NCBI GenBank assembly: GCA_938040095.1
Contig: CALHXF010000029.1
Span: forward strand, 2,646 to 66,645
Reading direction: 5' to 3'
From: an uncultured Caulobacterales bacterium
GTDB lineage: Bacteria > Pseudomonadota > Alphaproteobacteria > Caulobacterales > Maricaulaceae
Length of the DNA: 64,000 bases
Below are positions 20,984-32,290 of the stretch, piece by piece (the stretch's first letter is position 1; each line of letters starts with the position of its first letter). The notes under the pieces are model-generated. The model was not told the origin of the DNA. It saw only the letters and a list, made by a program, of their open reading frames with translations, and made no database searches. Both the position numbers and the translations under genes were made by a program.

Positions 20984-22824
20984 GTACAGAGTCGATATTA
21001 CGCCTCGCACTACTGGGTGCTCCGAACTGTGGTAAGTCGTCGCTTTTCAACGCTCTCACTGGCGGGAAGGCCAAAGTCGCCAACTATCCTGGCGTCACCG
21101 TTGAGTATCGCAAAGGAGAATTTGCTTTACCAAATGGCAAAGGCATAGAGCTTTTGGACTTGCCCGGGGTTTACGGAGATTGCGGTCACAGCATGGATGA
21201 ACGTGTCGCATTAGACGCTGTCCGTGGTAATTTAGAAGGCGAACGTGCGCCTGACGCGATCCTGTTCATGATGGATGCCAGTCACATCAACACGCATCTT
21301 CACAATGTTTTACAAGCCAAAAATCACGGCCTACCGATCATTTTAGTTCTGAACATGATGGACATGGCGGCACGTGACGGAATCACCATCGACCTAAACG
21401 CGCTAGAACGCGAAATTGGTATCCCCGTTGTCTCTTGCGTTGCGGTCAGGGGAGCTGGGCGATCTGCGCTTTTGGACTATATAGAAGAGTGGGGCGGAGA
21501 TGTAACGCATGGCTCTGCCGCGCGACCAAAATCAGAAGAGGGTGACTTGAAAGCCCTACAAGCTCGCGCACGGTCAATCACGAGTACTTCTGTCAGTCGT
21601 GTTCAACAGGCCGAGACGTTCTCTCATCGTATCGACAACTGGGTGCTTCACCCTGTTATCGGCATATTGATACTCTTCGTAATCTTGTTTGTAATGTTCC
21701 AAGCCGTTTACACTTGGTCAGGTCCCGCGATGGATGTGATCGAGATTGCGATCAGCTTTCTACAAAAGGGGGCAAGGGCAATTTTGCCAGATGGCTTGAT
21801 AACGTCACTGGTGGTTGATGGTATCATCGCGGGTGTGGGCGCAGTCTTGGTGTTTCTGCCGCAGATTATCATTCTCTTCGCGTTCATCCTCCTGCTGGAA
21901 GCGTCAGGGTATATGGCGAGGGCGGCATTCCTTGTAGACACATTGATGGCGAAAATCGGGCTGAATGGCCGAGCCTTTATTCCGTTACTTTCGAGTTTTG
22001 CCTGCGCAATCCCTGGCATCATGTCTGCGCGAACGATTGAGCAGGAACGCGATAGAATCACGACGATTCTGATTGCGCCCTTAATGACGTGTGCCGCGCG
22101 TTGGCCTGTCTATTTTTTGATCATTGGTGCATTTGTTCCCGCGAGAAAGGTCGGTCCGTTTTCGCAGCAAGGCTTGGTCGCATTTGGACTGATCCTCGTG
22201 GGGGTTTTCTTTGCGCTCCTAATGGCAGCAATATTCAAGCGGACGCTGACAAAAGGCGAGTCTTCTGGACTCTTGATTGAACTCCCGAGCTATAAAGCGC
22301 CAGTTTTTAAAGACTATCTCGTCGGTCTTTGGGACCGCGGGATGATTTTCGTAAATCGTGCTGGCCGTATCATTCTGCCTGCGTCCGTTCTGATTTGGGG
22401 TCTTATGAGTTTTCCGACCCATGCCTCAACGACGGCGCAAACATGGGCCGGTAAAGTTGGGGGTCTGATCGAACCTATCCTGCGACCTATTGGGTTTAAT
22501 CTAGAGATCGCGATATCGCTCATTCCTGCAATGGCAGCGCGTGAAGTCGCGGTCAGTTCGCTTGCCACGATTTACTCCATCGGTGAAGTTGATACAGATG
22601 TGAAGCTTACAGAGCTTATCGCGTCGAATTGGACTTTACCTACGGCTCTGGCATTTTTGGCGTGGTTTGTCTTTGCACCACAATGCTTGTCGACATTTGC
22701 GATTATTCGCAAGGAAACGAACAGTTGGAAATGGCCGCTTTTTGCTTTTGGTTATCTGTTTGCCCTCGCTTACATCGCGGCGGGTGCAACCTATCACACT
22801 GCGCTCGCAATGGGGCTAACCTAA
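20980..22824 (+). CDS. feoB: Ferrous iron transport protein B
   Basis: GAPNCGKS, VANYPGVT, DLPG, NMMD GTPase motifs plus membrane domain with FACAIPG. Confidence 0.95.
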   Translation: MSTESILRLALLGAPNCGKSSLFNALTGGKAKVANYPGVTVEYRKGEFALPNGKGIELLDLPGVYGDCGHSMDERVALDAVRGNLEGERAPDAILFMMDASHINTHLHNVLQAKNHGLPIILVLNMMDMAARDGITIDLNALEREIGIPVVSCVAVRGAGRSALLDYIEEWGGDVTHGSAARPKSEEGDLKALQARARSITSTSVSRVQQAETFSHRIDNWVLHPVIGILILFVILFVMFQAVYTWSGPAMDVIEIAISFLQKGARAILPDGLITSLVVDGIIAGVGAVLVFLPQIIILFAFILLLEASGYMARAAFLVDTLMAKIGLNGRAFIPLLSSFACAIPGIMSARTIEQERDRITTILIAPLMTCAARWPVYFLIIGAFVPARKVGPFSQQGLVAFGLILVGVFFALLMAAIFKRTLTKGESSGLLIELPSYKAPVFKDYLVGLWDRGMIFVNRAGRIILPASVLIWGLMSFPTHASTTAQTWAGKVGGLIEPILRPIGFNLEIAISLIPAMAAREVAVSSLATIYSIGEVDTDVKLTELIASNWTLPTALAFLAWFVFAPQCLSTFAIIRKETNSWKWPLFAFGYLFALAYIAAGATYHTALAMGLT

Positions 22825-22828
22825 AACC

Positions 22829-24031
22829 TTAGTCTATCTTTGGCAAAGTAACGGGGGAGTTCTGAACGTCTTGAACTTCAAAATCGTCTAATAACGCGCC
22901 CGCCCGTTCAGGAAGTACTTGAGCATTCAGTAAGGTCTCAACTCGACGTTTCGCGTCTTGTTTTAAGTCTTCATAGAAGAGGTTTGACGGAAGTGTCCTG
23001 AATTTACCTCCAACCTTTAACGGCCTCCGCAAAGACTTACTACGCGGGGTGTCGACATAGAGAAGGCCATCTTGGCACTGTACACCTGTTTGATTGCGCA
23101 AAGGCGCGGGCTGCATATCGGGGTCAAGGCCTTCGGCTGCGACTCCGCCCAGATGCAAGCGATCAGGCGCGTAATCTTCTGATTGTGTCCAGAGCAGCGG
23201 GTTAATGCAGAGGGTTGGGCGATTGGCAACCGCTTCATAAATGCGGCCATTATAAACAAGCGACTTCTCCGCAAACCGCTTCGCGATCACTTTATCCTTA
23301 GATGTGAAACTCCCGAAGGCGACAACACATTGCGTTTTGTCGCGCGTTTCACAGGAAGACAATCGGCTCAATTCACCGTTGAAAGCATCCAGGGGCAAGG
23401 GGTGATCAATAACATAGGCAACGGCAAGGCGTTGTTTCAAATCACCCTGAAAGAAGTCGGCAAGGAGACGCTGAACATGGCTAGCGCCTTGATTGTGCCC
23501 AACAAGAACGATTGGACGCTCGGGCGGAGATTGTTTGATAAACTGCTGGAACGCGCGTTTGACATCCTGATAGGCGAAGTCCTGAGCCTGCTGCGCATCT
23601 TCGCGGTTAGTCATAAAGGCGTAAAGTGAGGCTTGACGGTAATAGGGCGCAAATAATCGTCCTGCTTCACCGTAGGGAGATACATAATTCGGACGAACAA
23701 TGCGTTGTAACTTGTTCTTTCGCTTCAGATCATCAGACGGCAAATTCCAATGTGACCCGCCGCGATAGACGCTCGGCACCACGACGAAGACATCGCCTTT
23801 GGCTGTTAAGGCGAAAGGATCAACGCCGAGGTCTGGCTGCGCCAACCAACTCTCCATTGAAGTATAATCGGGAGCCTGAGGAGGTGTGTAGGTTTGAAAA
23901 GGTTGCCCGGGGTCTTGAATGGTTTGAAAAATATCATCGCGATAGACATAAATCAGGACAAGCGAGATCAGTATGAGGCCGAGACCACCCCTAATCGCCG
24001 AACGATATTTTTCCAAATCGAACTTAAACAT
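22829..24031 (-). CDS. DUF3089-like alpha/beta hydrolase-fold protein with N-terminal membrane anchor
   Basis: APDY..W, FAPYYRQA, AYQDV..AF, LVGHNQG, CINPL. Confidence 0.8.
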   Translation of the reverse strand: MFKFDLEKYRSAIRGGLGLILISLVLIYVYRDDIFQTIQDPGQPFQTYTPPQAPDYTSMESWLAQPDLGVDPFALTAKGDVFVVVPSVYRGGSHWNLPSDDLKRKNKLQRIVRPNYVSPYGEAGRLFAPYYRQASLYAFMTNREDAQQAQDFAYQDVKRAFQQFIKQSPPERPIVLVGHNQGASHVQRLLADFFQGDLKQRLAVAYVIDHPLPLDAFNGELSRLSSCETRDKTQCVVAFGSFTSKDKVIAKRFAEKSLVYNGRIYEAVANRPTLCINPLLWTQSEDYAPDRLHLGGVAAEGLDPDMQPAPLRNQTGVQCQDGLLYVDTPRSKSLRRPLKVGGKFRTLPSNLFYEDLKQDAKRRVETLLNAQVLPERAGALLDDFEVQDVQNSPVTLPKID

Positions 24032-24127
24032 TTCGACTATCCTTTTTTGGTCACAATCTGGTGTAACGGATTGCATGTCAAAGCGGTAGCGCCCATGACG
24101 CACCGAACCAAGAATTAAGGAACTGGA

Positions 24128-24865
24128 ATGAAGCCCACGTCCAAAGAAAAACGTGAAGAAAGAAAGCGCATAAGAAAAGCGCGTCCAAAGTTCAGCCTTT
24201 TGAAATGGGCAAGAAACCGTTTCTTCACAGGCGTGATTGTCGCGATTCCGGTCGTTGTCACGCTATTAGTTATCAGTTGGATTGTTCAGAAGATTGATCA
24301 AAATGTCTTTCGGATCGTCCCAGACAGTCTGAACCCTGAAACTTATCTGGGGTTCGCCATTCCTGGTCTTGGCCTCATTATTTCGGTTATTCTATTGTTT
24401 GTATTGGGGATTATCGCCTCAAACTTCATTGGGAAATCACTCATAAAATCAGGCGAGGGACTTCTTGATCGGGTTCCAGTGGTCAGTCCTGTCTACAATT
24501 CCCTGAAACAGATTGTGCAAACGGTAGCCGCACAAAAAGATCGCGCTTTTCGGGATGTCTGTTTGATAGAGTACCCGAAAAAGGATGTTTGGGCGATTGG
24601 CTTTGTGACGGCTGATTTGGGCGGGCAGCCAAAGGAAGCTTTAGGCGACGATATGGTTTGTGTTTTCGTGCCGACAACGCCAAATCCAACCTCTGGATTT
24701 CTTCTCTTCTTGCACAAAGACAACATTCGTATCTTGGACATGACCCCAGAAGAAGGCGCAAAAATGATCATCTCTGGCGGTATGGTTTCGGGTGAGCAGA
24801 ACGCGTTGCTCGATGCCGGCGGAGGTCTGGAAATTAATACGAAACCTTCACCGAAAACGCCATAG
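24128..24865 (+). CDS. DUF502 family membrane protein
   Basis: IPGLG, IEYP..WAIGFVT, VFVPTTPNPTSGF, IISGG. Confidence 0.9.
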   Translation: MKPTSKEKREERKRIRKARPKFSLLKWARNRFFTGVIVAIPVVVTLLVISWIVQKIDQNVFRIVPDSLNPETYLGFAIPGLGLIISVILLFVLGIIASNFIGKSLIKSGEGLLDRVPVVSPVYNSLKQIVQTVAAQKDRAFRDVCLIEYPKKDVWAIGFVTADLGGQPKEALGDDMVCVFVPTTPNPTSGFLLFLHKDNIRILDMTPEEGAKMIISGGMVSGEQNALLDAGGGLEINTKPSPKTP

Positions 24866-24879
24866 CTCGGAGTTTCGCC

Positions 24880-26997
<2,118 letters not shown>

Positions 26998-27068
26998 AAT
27001 GCCCTATCTGCCGCTTTGATTGCGTCTGCACAAGTGACATGGGCAATTCAAACCGTTATGGCGCAAAT

Positions 27069-27350
27069 ATGACCGAAATGAATGATACTTCCGACATGGC
27101 CACGCGCCGTAAACGCCTCTTATATCGCTCCAATTATCGCGGTTTCAAAGAAGCAGACATGATCTTGGGGGGATTCGCAAAGGCGTATATCGACACGATG
27201 TCGGATCGTGAAGTTCTTGTCTTTGAAGACCTGCTTGGTGCCAAAGACCATGATATCTATGGGTGGATTATGGGAACACTCGCTGTTCCAGCGAATTTCG
27301 ATACACCGCTCTTGGAACGCCTACGGGCTTTCAATCCTACGATTAAATAA
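27069..27350 (+). CDS. sdhE: Succinate dehydrogenase assembly factor (SdhE/SDHAF2)
   Basis: RKRLLYRS.YRGFKEAD (RGxxE motif); between recG and mfd. Confidence 0.9.
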   Translation: MTEMNDTSDMATRRKRLLYRSNYRGFKEADMILGGFAKAYIDTMSDREVLVFEDLLGAKDHDIYGWIMGTLAVPANFDTPLLERLRAFNPTIK

Positions 27351-27352
27351 CG

Positions 27353-30300
27353 ATGCAAATCCAACTTTCCCGATATGTCGGGCCTGAGCCTAAACTGACT
27401 GCTGCGGGATTACCCGAGGGAGCAGATGCTCTCGCCTTTACGAAAGCTGTGCGCAGAGAAAAAAAGCCAACTCTATTTCTTGCCAGAGACGATACGCGCG
27501 CGTCTTCATTTAAAGCCGCTTGTCATTTTTTCGCCCCCGACATTCCAGTATTGTTTCTACCGGCTTGGGATTGCCTTCCTTATGATCGCGTTTCACCTAG
27601 CCGTACTTTGGCGGCCCGTCGTGCAGGCGTGCTCTTTTTCCTGACGACGATTGACCCGAATAAGCCCTATATCATCGTAAGTACGATCAGTTCCGCGATG
27701 CAGCAGGTTCCACCACGTGACATCATTGCCGAAGCAGGTTTGCATGCGAAGGTTGGCGAGTCGATGGAGCGTGAGCGGATCGAACGCTATCTCACCAATA
27801 ACGGATACTCACGCGCCAGCACAGTTGTCGAAGCTGGCGATTTTGCGGTTCGCGGTGGGTTGATCGATATCTTCCCTCCAACGGAGAAGAACCCTCTTCG
27901 GTTGGACTTCTTTGGCGATGAGATCGAATCCATACGTGAGTTTGATATTGATAGTCAGAGGACGACCTCCGCACGATCAGAGCTAACGCTCGCGCCTGTG
28001 TCCGAAGTGTTCATGACCGAAGATTCCATCAGTAACTTCCGCCGAAATTACATCGCGTCATTTGGTGGTGGTGTGAGTCGCGATCCAATCTATGCAGCTG
28101 TGGTTGAAGGCATACGTCCTCAAGGTATCGAGCATTACATGCCGCTGTTTTACAGCCATGTTGAGACGCTTTTCGATTACCTTGGACCCAATACGCTGAT
28201 CGGATTGGATGCTTTACTGCTCGAAGCAAAACGTGAACGCATTGACCTGATAGAGGACTTTTATACGTCTCGGCGTGAACATGCAGAGGCGAGAGACACA
28301 GGCAGCGGAGATCCGTCCAAGACCGCAGGGCTTTACCGTCCATTAGACATCGAACGGCTATATCTCACGGACACCGCTTGGAACGTACAAATTCAGACGC
28401 AACGTGTTCGACAACATACGCCGTTTGAGAGTCCCGTCGAGGGCGTCATTGATTTCGGCGGACGACCCGCTCGGAGCTTCTCTGTCGAACGTAGGACCGA
28501 GGGCGTAAATGTTTTTGAATCTGTTTCTGAACATATCCGAACGTTACGGGATGAAGGTCAACGAATTTGGCTAGGCTGTTGGACGGATGGCTCTCGCGAA
28601 CGACTCGTGAGTGTTTTTGAGGACCAGGACCTCTTCGTCCCAAAAGTAAATTCGCAAGCGGCTTTGGACAGTAAACCTCGCGATGTTCGTGCGGTTATTC
28701 TGCCTGTTGAAACTGGCTTTACCCTTGGAAAGCTTACGGTTCTTTCTGAGCAGGACATTCTCGGTGATCGGCTGATTAACCGTGGCCGAAAACGCAAGGC
28801 GAAGAACTTTATTGCTGAGGCGGCGTCGCTCTCTCCTGGTGATTTGATCGTGCATATTGATCATGGTTTAGGCCGATACATTGGTCTCAAAACGCTTCAG
28901 GTTTCAGACGCACCGCATGATTGCCTTGAGTTAGAATATGCGGGGCAGGCGAAACTTTATCTGCCTGTTGAGAATATCGAACTGCTATCACGTTATGGTA
29001 GCGCAGGTGACGGCTCTGTCCTGGATCGTTTGGGGAGTGCCGCTTGGCAAGCACGGAAGTCCAAGGCTAAAGGACGTTTGCGCGACCTCGCAGCGGGGCT
29101 CATCAAGATAGCAGCCAAACGCGCACTGCGAAGAACTGATCCCATCACCCCTGATGATTCGACCTATAATGAATTTGCGGCGCGCTTCCCCTATGCGGAA
29201 ACCGATGATCAACTAAACTCGATTGACGATGTTTATAAAGACCTCGCCAGCGGGCGCCCAATGGATCGATTAATCTGTGGTGACGTTGGTTTCGGCAAAA
29301 CCGAAGTGGCATTGCGAGCGGCCTTTGCTGTGGCGATGTCAGGTCAGCAGGTAGCAATTGTTGCGCCGACGACGATCCTGTCTCGGCAGCATTTTAAGAC
29401 ATTTATGGCCCGATTTAGAGGGTGGCCTGTGGAGGTCCGACAGCTCTCTCGTCTTGTGTCCGCCAAAGACGCCAAACAGACCAAAGAAGATTTATCTTCG
29501 GGTAAATGCGATATTATTATTGGAACACATGCGTTGCTCGCGAAAACCGTGAAGTTTTCCAACCTTGGCTTAGTCATCGTGGATGAAGAGCAACGGTTTG
29601 GTGTTCAACATAAAGAACGTTTGAAATCACTCGGTGCGGACGTTCATGTCCTCACTTTGACTGCGACACCAATTCCAAGAACGCTGCAAATGGCGCTGTC
29701 GGGTATTCGGGAACTTTCCCTGATCGCGACACCGCCTGTCGATCGACTGGCTATTCGGACCTATGTGACGCCGTGGGATGAGGTGTCTTTGCGAAAAGCT
29801 CTCTTGCGTGAAAAATATCGAGGCGGGCAGTCTTATTTCATCTGTCCGCGTATTGCGGATATTCCGCGAATTGAAGAATTCATGCGGAATGCGGTCCCAG
29901 AGGTCAAATATGTGATTGCACATGGTCAAATGGCTGCGGGCGCATTGGAAGACATCATGACCGCATTTTATGACGGTGAATATGATGTCCTGATTTCGAC
30001 ATCGATCATTGAAAGCGGTATCGATATTCCGTCAGCGAACACTATGATTATCTATCGTGCAGATCGATTTGGTCTGGCGCAACTCTATCAAATGCGGGGT
30101 CGAGTAGGGCGGTCTAAAGTTCGCGCCTATGCCTATATGACAATGCCCGAAGCGCAAATTGCCACAGAATCCGCACTCAAACGGCTCAAGATTTTGCAGT
30201 CCTTAGACAATTTGGGCGCAGGGTTCACGCTTGCCAGTCACGACTTGGACATGAGGGGTGGTGGTAATCCTCTGGGTGAGGAACAATCGGGCCATATCAA

Positions 30301-30823
30301 AGACCTCGGTGTCGAACTTTATCAACATATGTTGGAAGAGGCCGTTGCCGAATTGAAGAACGATGAAGACTCCGTACGGGACGAAAGCTGGACGCCACAG
30401 GTCAATGTAGGGGTCGCGATTTTGATACCGGAAGCCTATATCCCAGACCTAAACCTGCGCCTTGCGACCTATCGTAGGATTTCCGAAATATCGGATGATA
30501 CGGAGGCGAATGCGCTGGCGGCGGAGTTGATTGACCGCTTTGGTTCAATCCCGCAGGAAGTCGATCATTTGTTAAAAGTTATGAAAATCAAACGACTATG
30601 TCGACTAGCGCATGTTGCAAAGGTCGATGCAGGTCCCAAAGGCGTCGTCATGCATATGCGTCATGAGGACATTAACGACCCGTCTGTGATCATGAATGCG
30701 ATCACGAAAAACAGTGGGTGGCGATTGCGGCCCGACCAGACCATTTTGGTAATGGGAAACTTTAGCGAGCCTAAGTTCCGCCTACAAGGGAGCGAAAAGG
30801 CTGTAGCAGCGCTGCTGCCTTAA
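27353..30823 (+). CDS. mfd: Transcription-repair coupling factor
   Basis: WDCLPYDR, VHIDHGLGRY, GDVGFGKT, DEEQRFG, TRCF C-terminal domain. Confidence 0.97.
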   Translation: MQIQLSRYVGPEPKLTAAGLPEGADALAFTKAVRREKKPTLFLARDDTRASSFKAACHFFAPDIPVLFLPAWDCLPYDRVSPSRTLAARRAGVLFFLTTIDPNKPYIIVSTISSAMQQVPPRDIIAEAGLHAKVGESMERERIERYLTNNGYSRASTVVEAGDFAVRGGLIDIFPPTEKNPLRLDFFGDEIESIREFDIDSQRTTSARSELTLAPVSEVFMTEDSISNFRRNYIASFGGGVSRDPIYAAVVEGIRPQGIEHYMPLFYSHVETLFDYLGPNTLIGLDALLLEAKRERIDLIEDFYTSRREHAEARDTGSGDPSKTAGLYRPLDIERLYLTDTAWNVQIQTQRVRQHTPFESPVEGVIDFGGRPARSFSVERRTEGVNVFESVSEHIRTLRDEGQRIWLGCWTDGSRERLVSVFEDQDLFVPKVNSQAALDSKPRDVRAVILPVETGFTLGKLTVLSEQDILGDRLINRGRKRKAKNFIAEAASLSPGDLIVHIDHGLGRYIGLKTLQVSDAPHDCLELEYAGQAKLYLPVENIELLSRYGSAGDGSVLDRLGSAAWQARKSKAKGRLRDLAAGLIKIAAKRALRRTDPITPDDSTYNEFAARFPYAETDDQLNSIDDVYKDLASGRPMDRLICGDVGFGKTEVALRAAFAVAMSGQQVAIVAPTTILSRQHFKTFMARFRGWPVEVRQLSRLVSAKDAKQTKEDLSSGKCDIIIGTHALLAKTVKFSNLGLVIVDEEQRFGVQHKERLKSLGADVHVLTLTATPIPRTLQMALSGIRELSLIATPPVDRLAIRTYVTPWDEVSLRKALLREKYRGGQSYFICPRIADIPRIEEFMRNAVPEVKYVIAHGQMAAGALEDIMTAFYDGEYDVLISTSIIESGIDIPSANTMIIYRADRFGLAQLYQMRGRVGRSKVRAYAYMTMPEAQIATESALKRLKILQSLDNLGAGFTLASHDLDMRGGGNPLGEEQSGHIKDLGVELYQHMLEEAVAELKNDEDSVRDESWTPQVNVGVAILIPEAYIPDLNLRLATYRRISEISDDTEANALAAELIDRFGSIPQEVDHLLKVMKIKRLCRLAHVAKVDAGPKGVVMHMRHEDINDPSVIMNAITKNSGWRLRPDQTILVMGNFSEPKFRLQGSEKAVAALLP

Positions 30824-30858
30824 TCAAACTCGGTAAACTAGAATTGGTGATTTACGAT

Positions 30859-32229
30859 TTAACTTATTGAGGTAACCAAAGTCGAGAGATGCGCAGTGGC
30901 TGACTGCTGATAATCAGAAATCTCACTCACGGCGCTTTCCACATTAAAGGTCAAAGCGCCCTTTGCATCCGCGCTGTTGTCATAACAGCAAGATGAAATG
31001 AGGCCCTCAATTCGGCCTAAAATAACGTGGGTTTCTACACTATTTGTATTGTAAAAAGCCAAAACGAAGGTGTCTGCATCCCAGCGACATACAACATCCT
31101 GCATTCGGACTAGATTTCCAAGTATACCCGCGATTTGTTTGAATGCGGACGTCAGGTAATCTTGATGAATGTCATGCGGGGCTTGCGGTGAGAGTCGAAT
31201 AGCCATGAGTGTTGTTGGAACGCCAGCCGCCTTAGAATCCGCCAGTAGCCGTGGTAAATGCCCCTCAATAAAGGGTCTTGAAAATGCAGTTCCAGATGGA
31301 TCACGGGCAATATCCGTCGTTAGGGTAAACATGTCGGATTTCAATTGTTCATGGATGCGATGGTAATTTGCGAGTTCTAGGATGCGTCCGCTGATTTCTT
31401 CTGCGTCAGCGTCAACTTCTATTATATCGCGAGCGCCTTTGGCATAGGCGGCATCATGCGCTGTGAAGTTATTTTTATCTGTCAGGAAAAGTGTCGGTGT
31501 ATGGAAGAGTTTCGAGTTTCGACGCATCGCTTCTGAGATACTAAATGCGGGTTCCGTTTGCTCCAGCGCATTCATAACGACCGCGTCAAAAGGTTCTCCA
31601 TGGAGGTAATCGAAGGCGGAAAAGCTAGTGAAGGCGGCAATCACATCAACACCTTTATCTTGTAACGCATTTATGATGATCATGAAGGCGGGTGACGCTT
31701 TACCAATAAAGAGAATCCGAAATCTCCGATCAGGTGTAATATCTCCAATCTCAGGGTGGCGATTAAATGTCTCAGATAAGGTTGCTATACGGCGGGTGAT
31801 TTCACTTTCCATGACACCTAAGCGGATCATTCCATTCACGCGGTTTGCGATTTGCGAGGCATGCATCGGTGCAAATAATGTTGAGTCAAATTCGACAGAA
31901 GCGTTTTTCGAAGGCCGCGACATCGCGCCAATGACGGGTATGGAAATAGGGCTGAAATGGGCTTTCACGACCTTCGCAAGATGAGGGCCTCGCTCAGCAT
32001 AGGCAGTGAGGTGACACAAGACGGCGTCAGGGGCGTGGGTCGGAATAGAGCTAAGCGTCTTCCCATCAAAAAACGCCAGCTGGACATCCAAATCTAAGCG
32101 CCGCAAATTCTTTGCAACGTCCAAGCTTTCGGTTGGGTTATCCGAAACAATAAGGACCCGTGTTTTCCGCGACTTTACAGTGTCCGCAGGAATGGAATCA
32201 GTTGGCAGGCTTTCAGCTGGAATGGACAT
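30859..32229 (-). CDS. PleD/PopA-like protein: two atypical receiver domains plus degenerate GGDEF
   Basis: Two REC-like segments; RMQD I-site five residues before a degenerate DADTF active site. Confidence 0.75.
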   Translation of the reverse strand: MSIPAESLPTDSIPADTVKSRKTRVLIVSDNPTESLDVAKNLRRLDLDVQLAFFDGKTLSSIPTHAPDAVLCHLTAYAERGPHLAKVVKAHFSPISIPVIGAMSRPSKNASVEFDSTLFAPMHASQIANRVNGMIRLGVMESEITRRIATLSETFNRHPEIGDITPDRRFRILFIGKASPAFMIIINALQDKGVDVIAAFTSFSAFDYLHGEPFDAVVMNALEQTEPAFSISEAMRRNSKLFHTPTLFLTDKNNFTAHDAAYAKGARDIIEVDADAEEISGRILELANYHRIHEQLKSDMFTLTTDIARDPSGTAFSRPFIEGHLPRLLADSKAAGVPTTLMAIRLSPQAPHDIHQDYLTSAFKQIAGILGNLVRMQDVVCRWDADTFVLAFYNTNSVETHVILGRIEGLISSCCYDNSADAKGALTFNVESAVSEISDYQQSATAHLSTLVTSIS

Positions 32230-32290
32230 ACTCCGAACCTAGAGGTGAAGTCCTACCAGCTTGTTAACCAAGACTGTCGATACCCTATGG

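Noticed and set aside
32260-32272. GTTAAC half-site upstream of the PopA-like gene, and a similar one near 61950, as CtrA boxes
   Set aside because: No full TTAA-N7-TTAA match; half-sites are too common to support a call.
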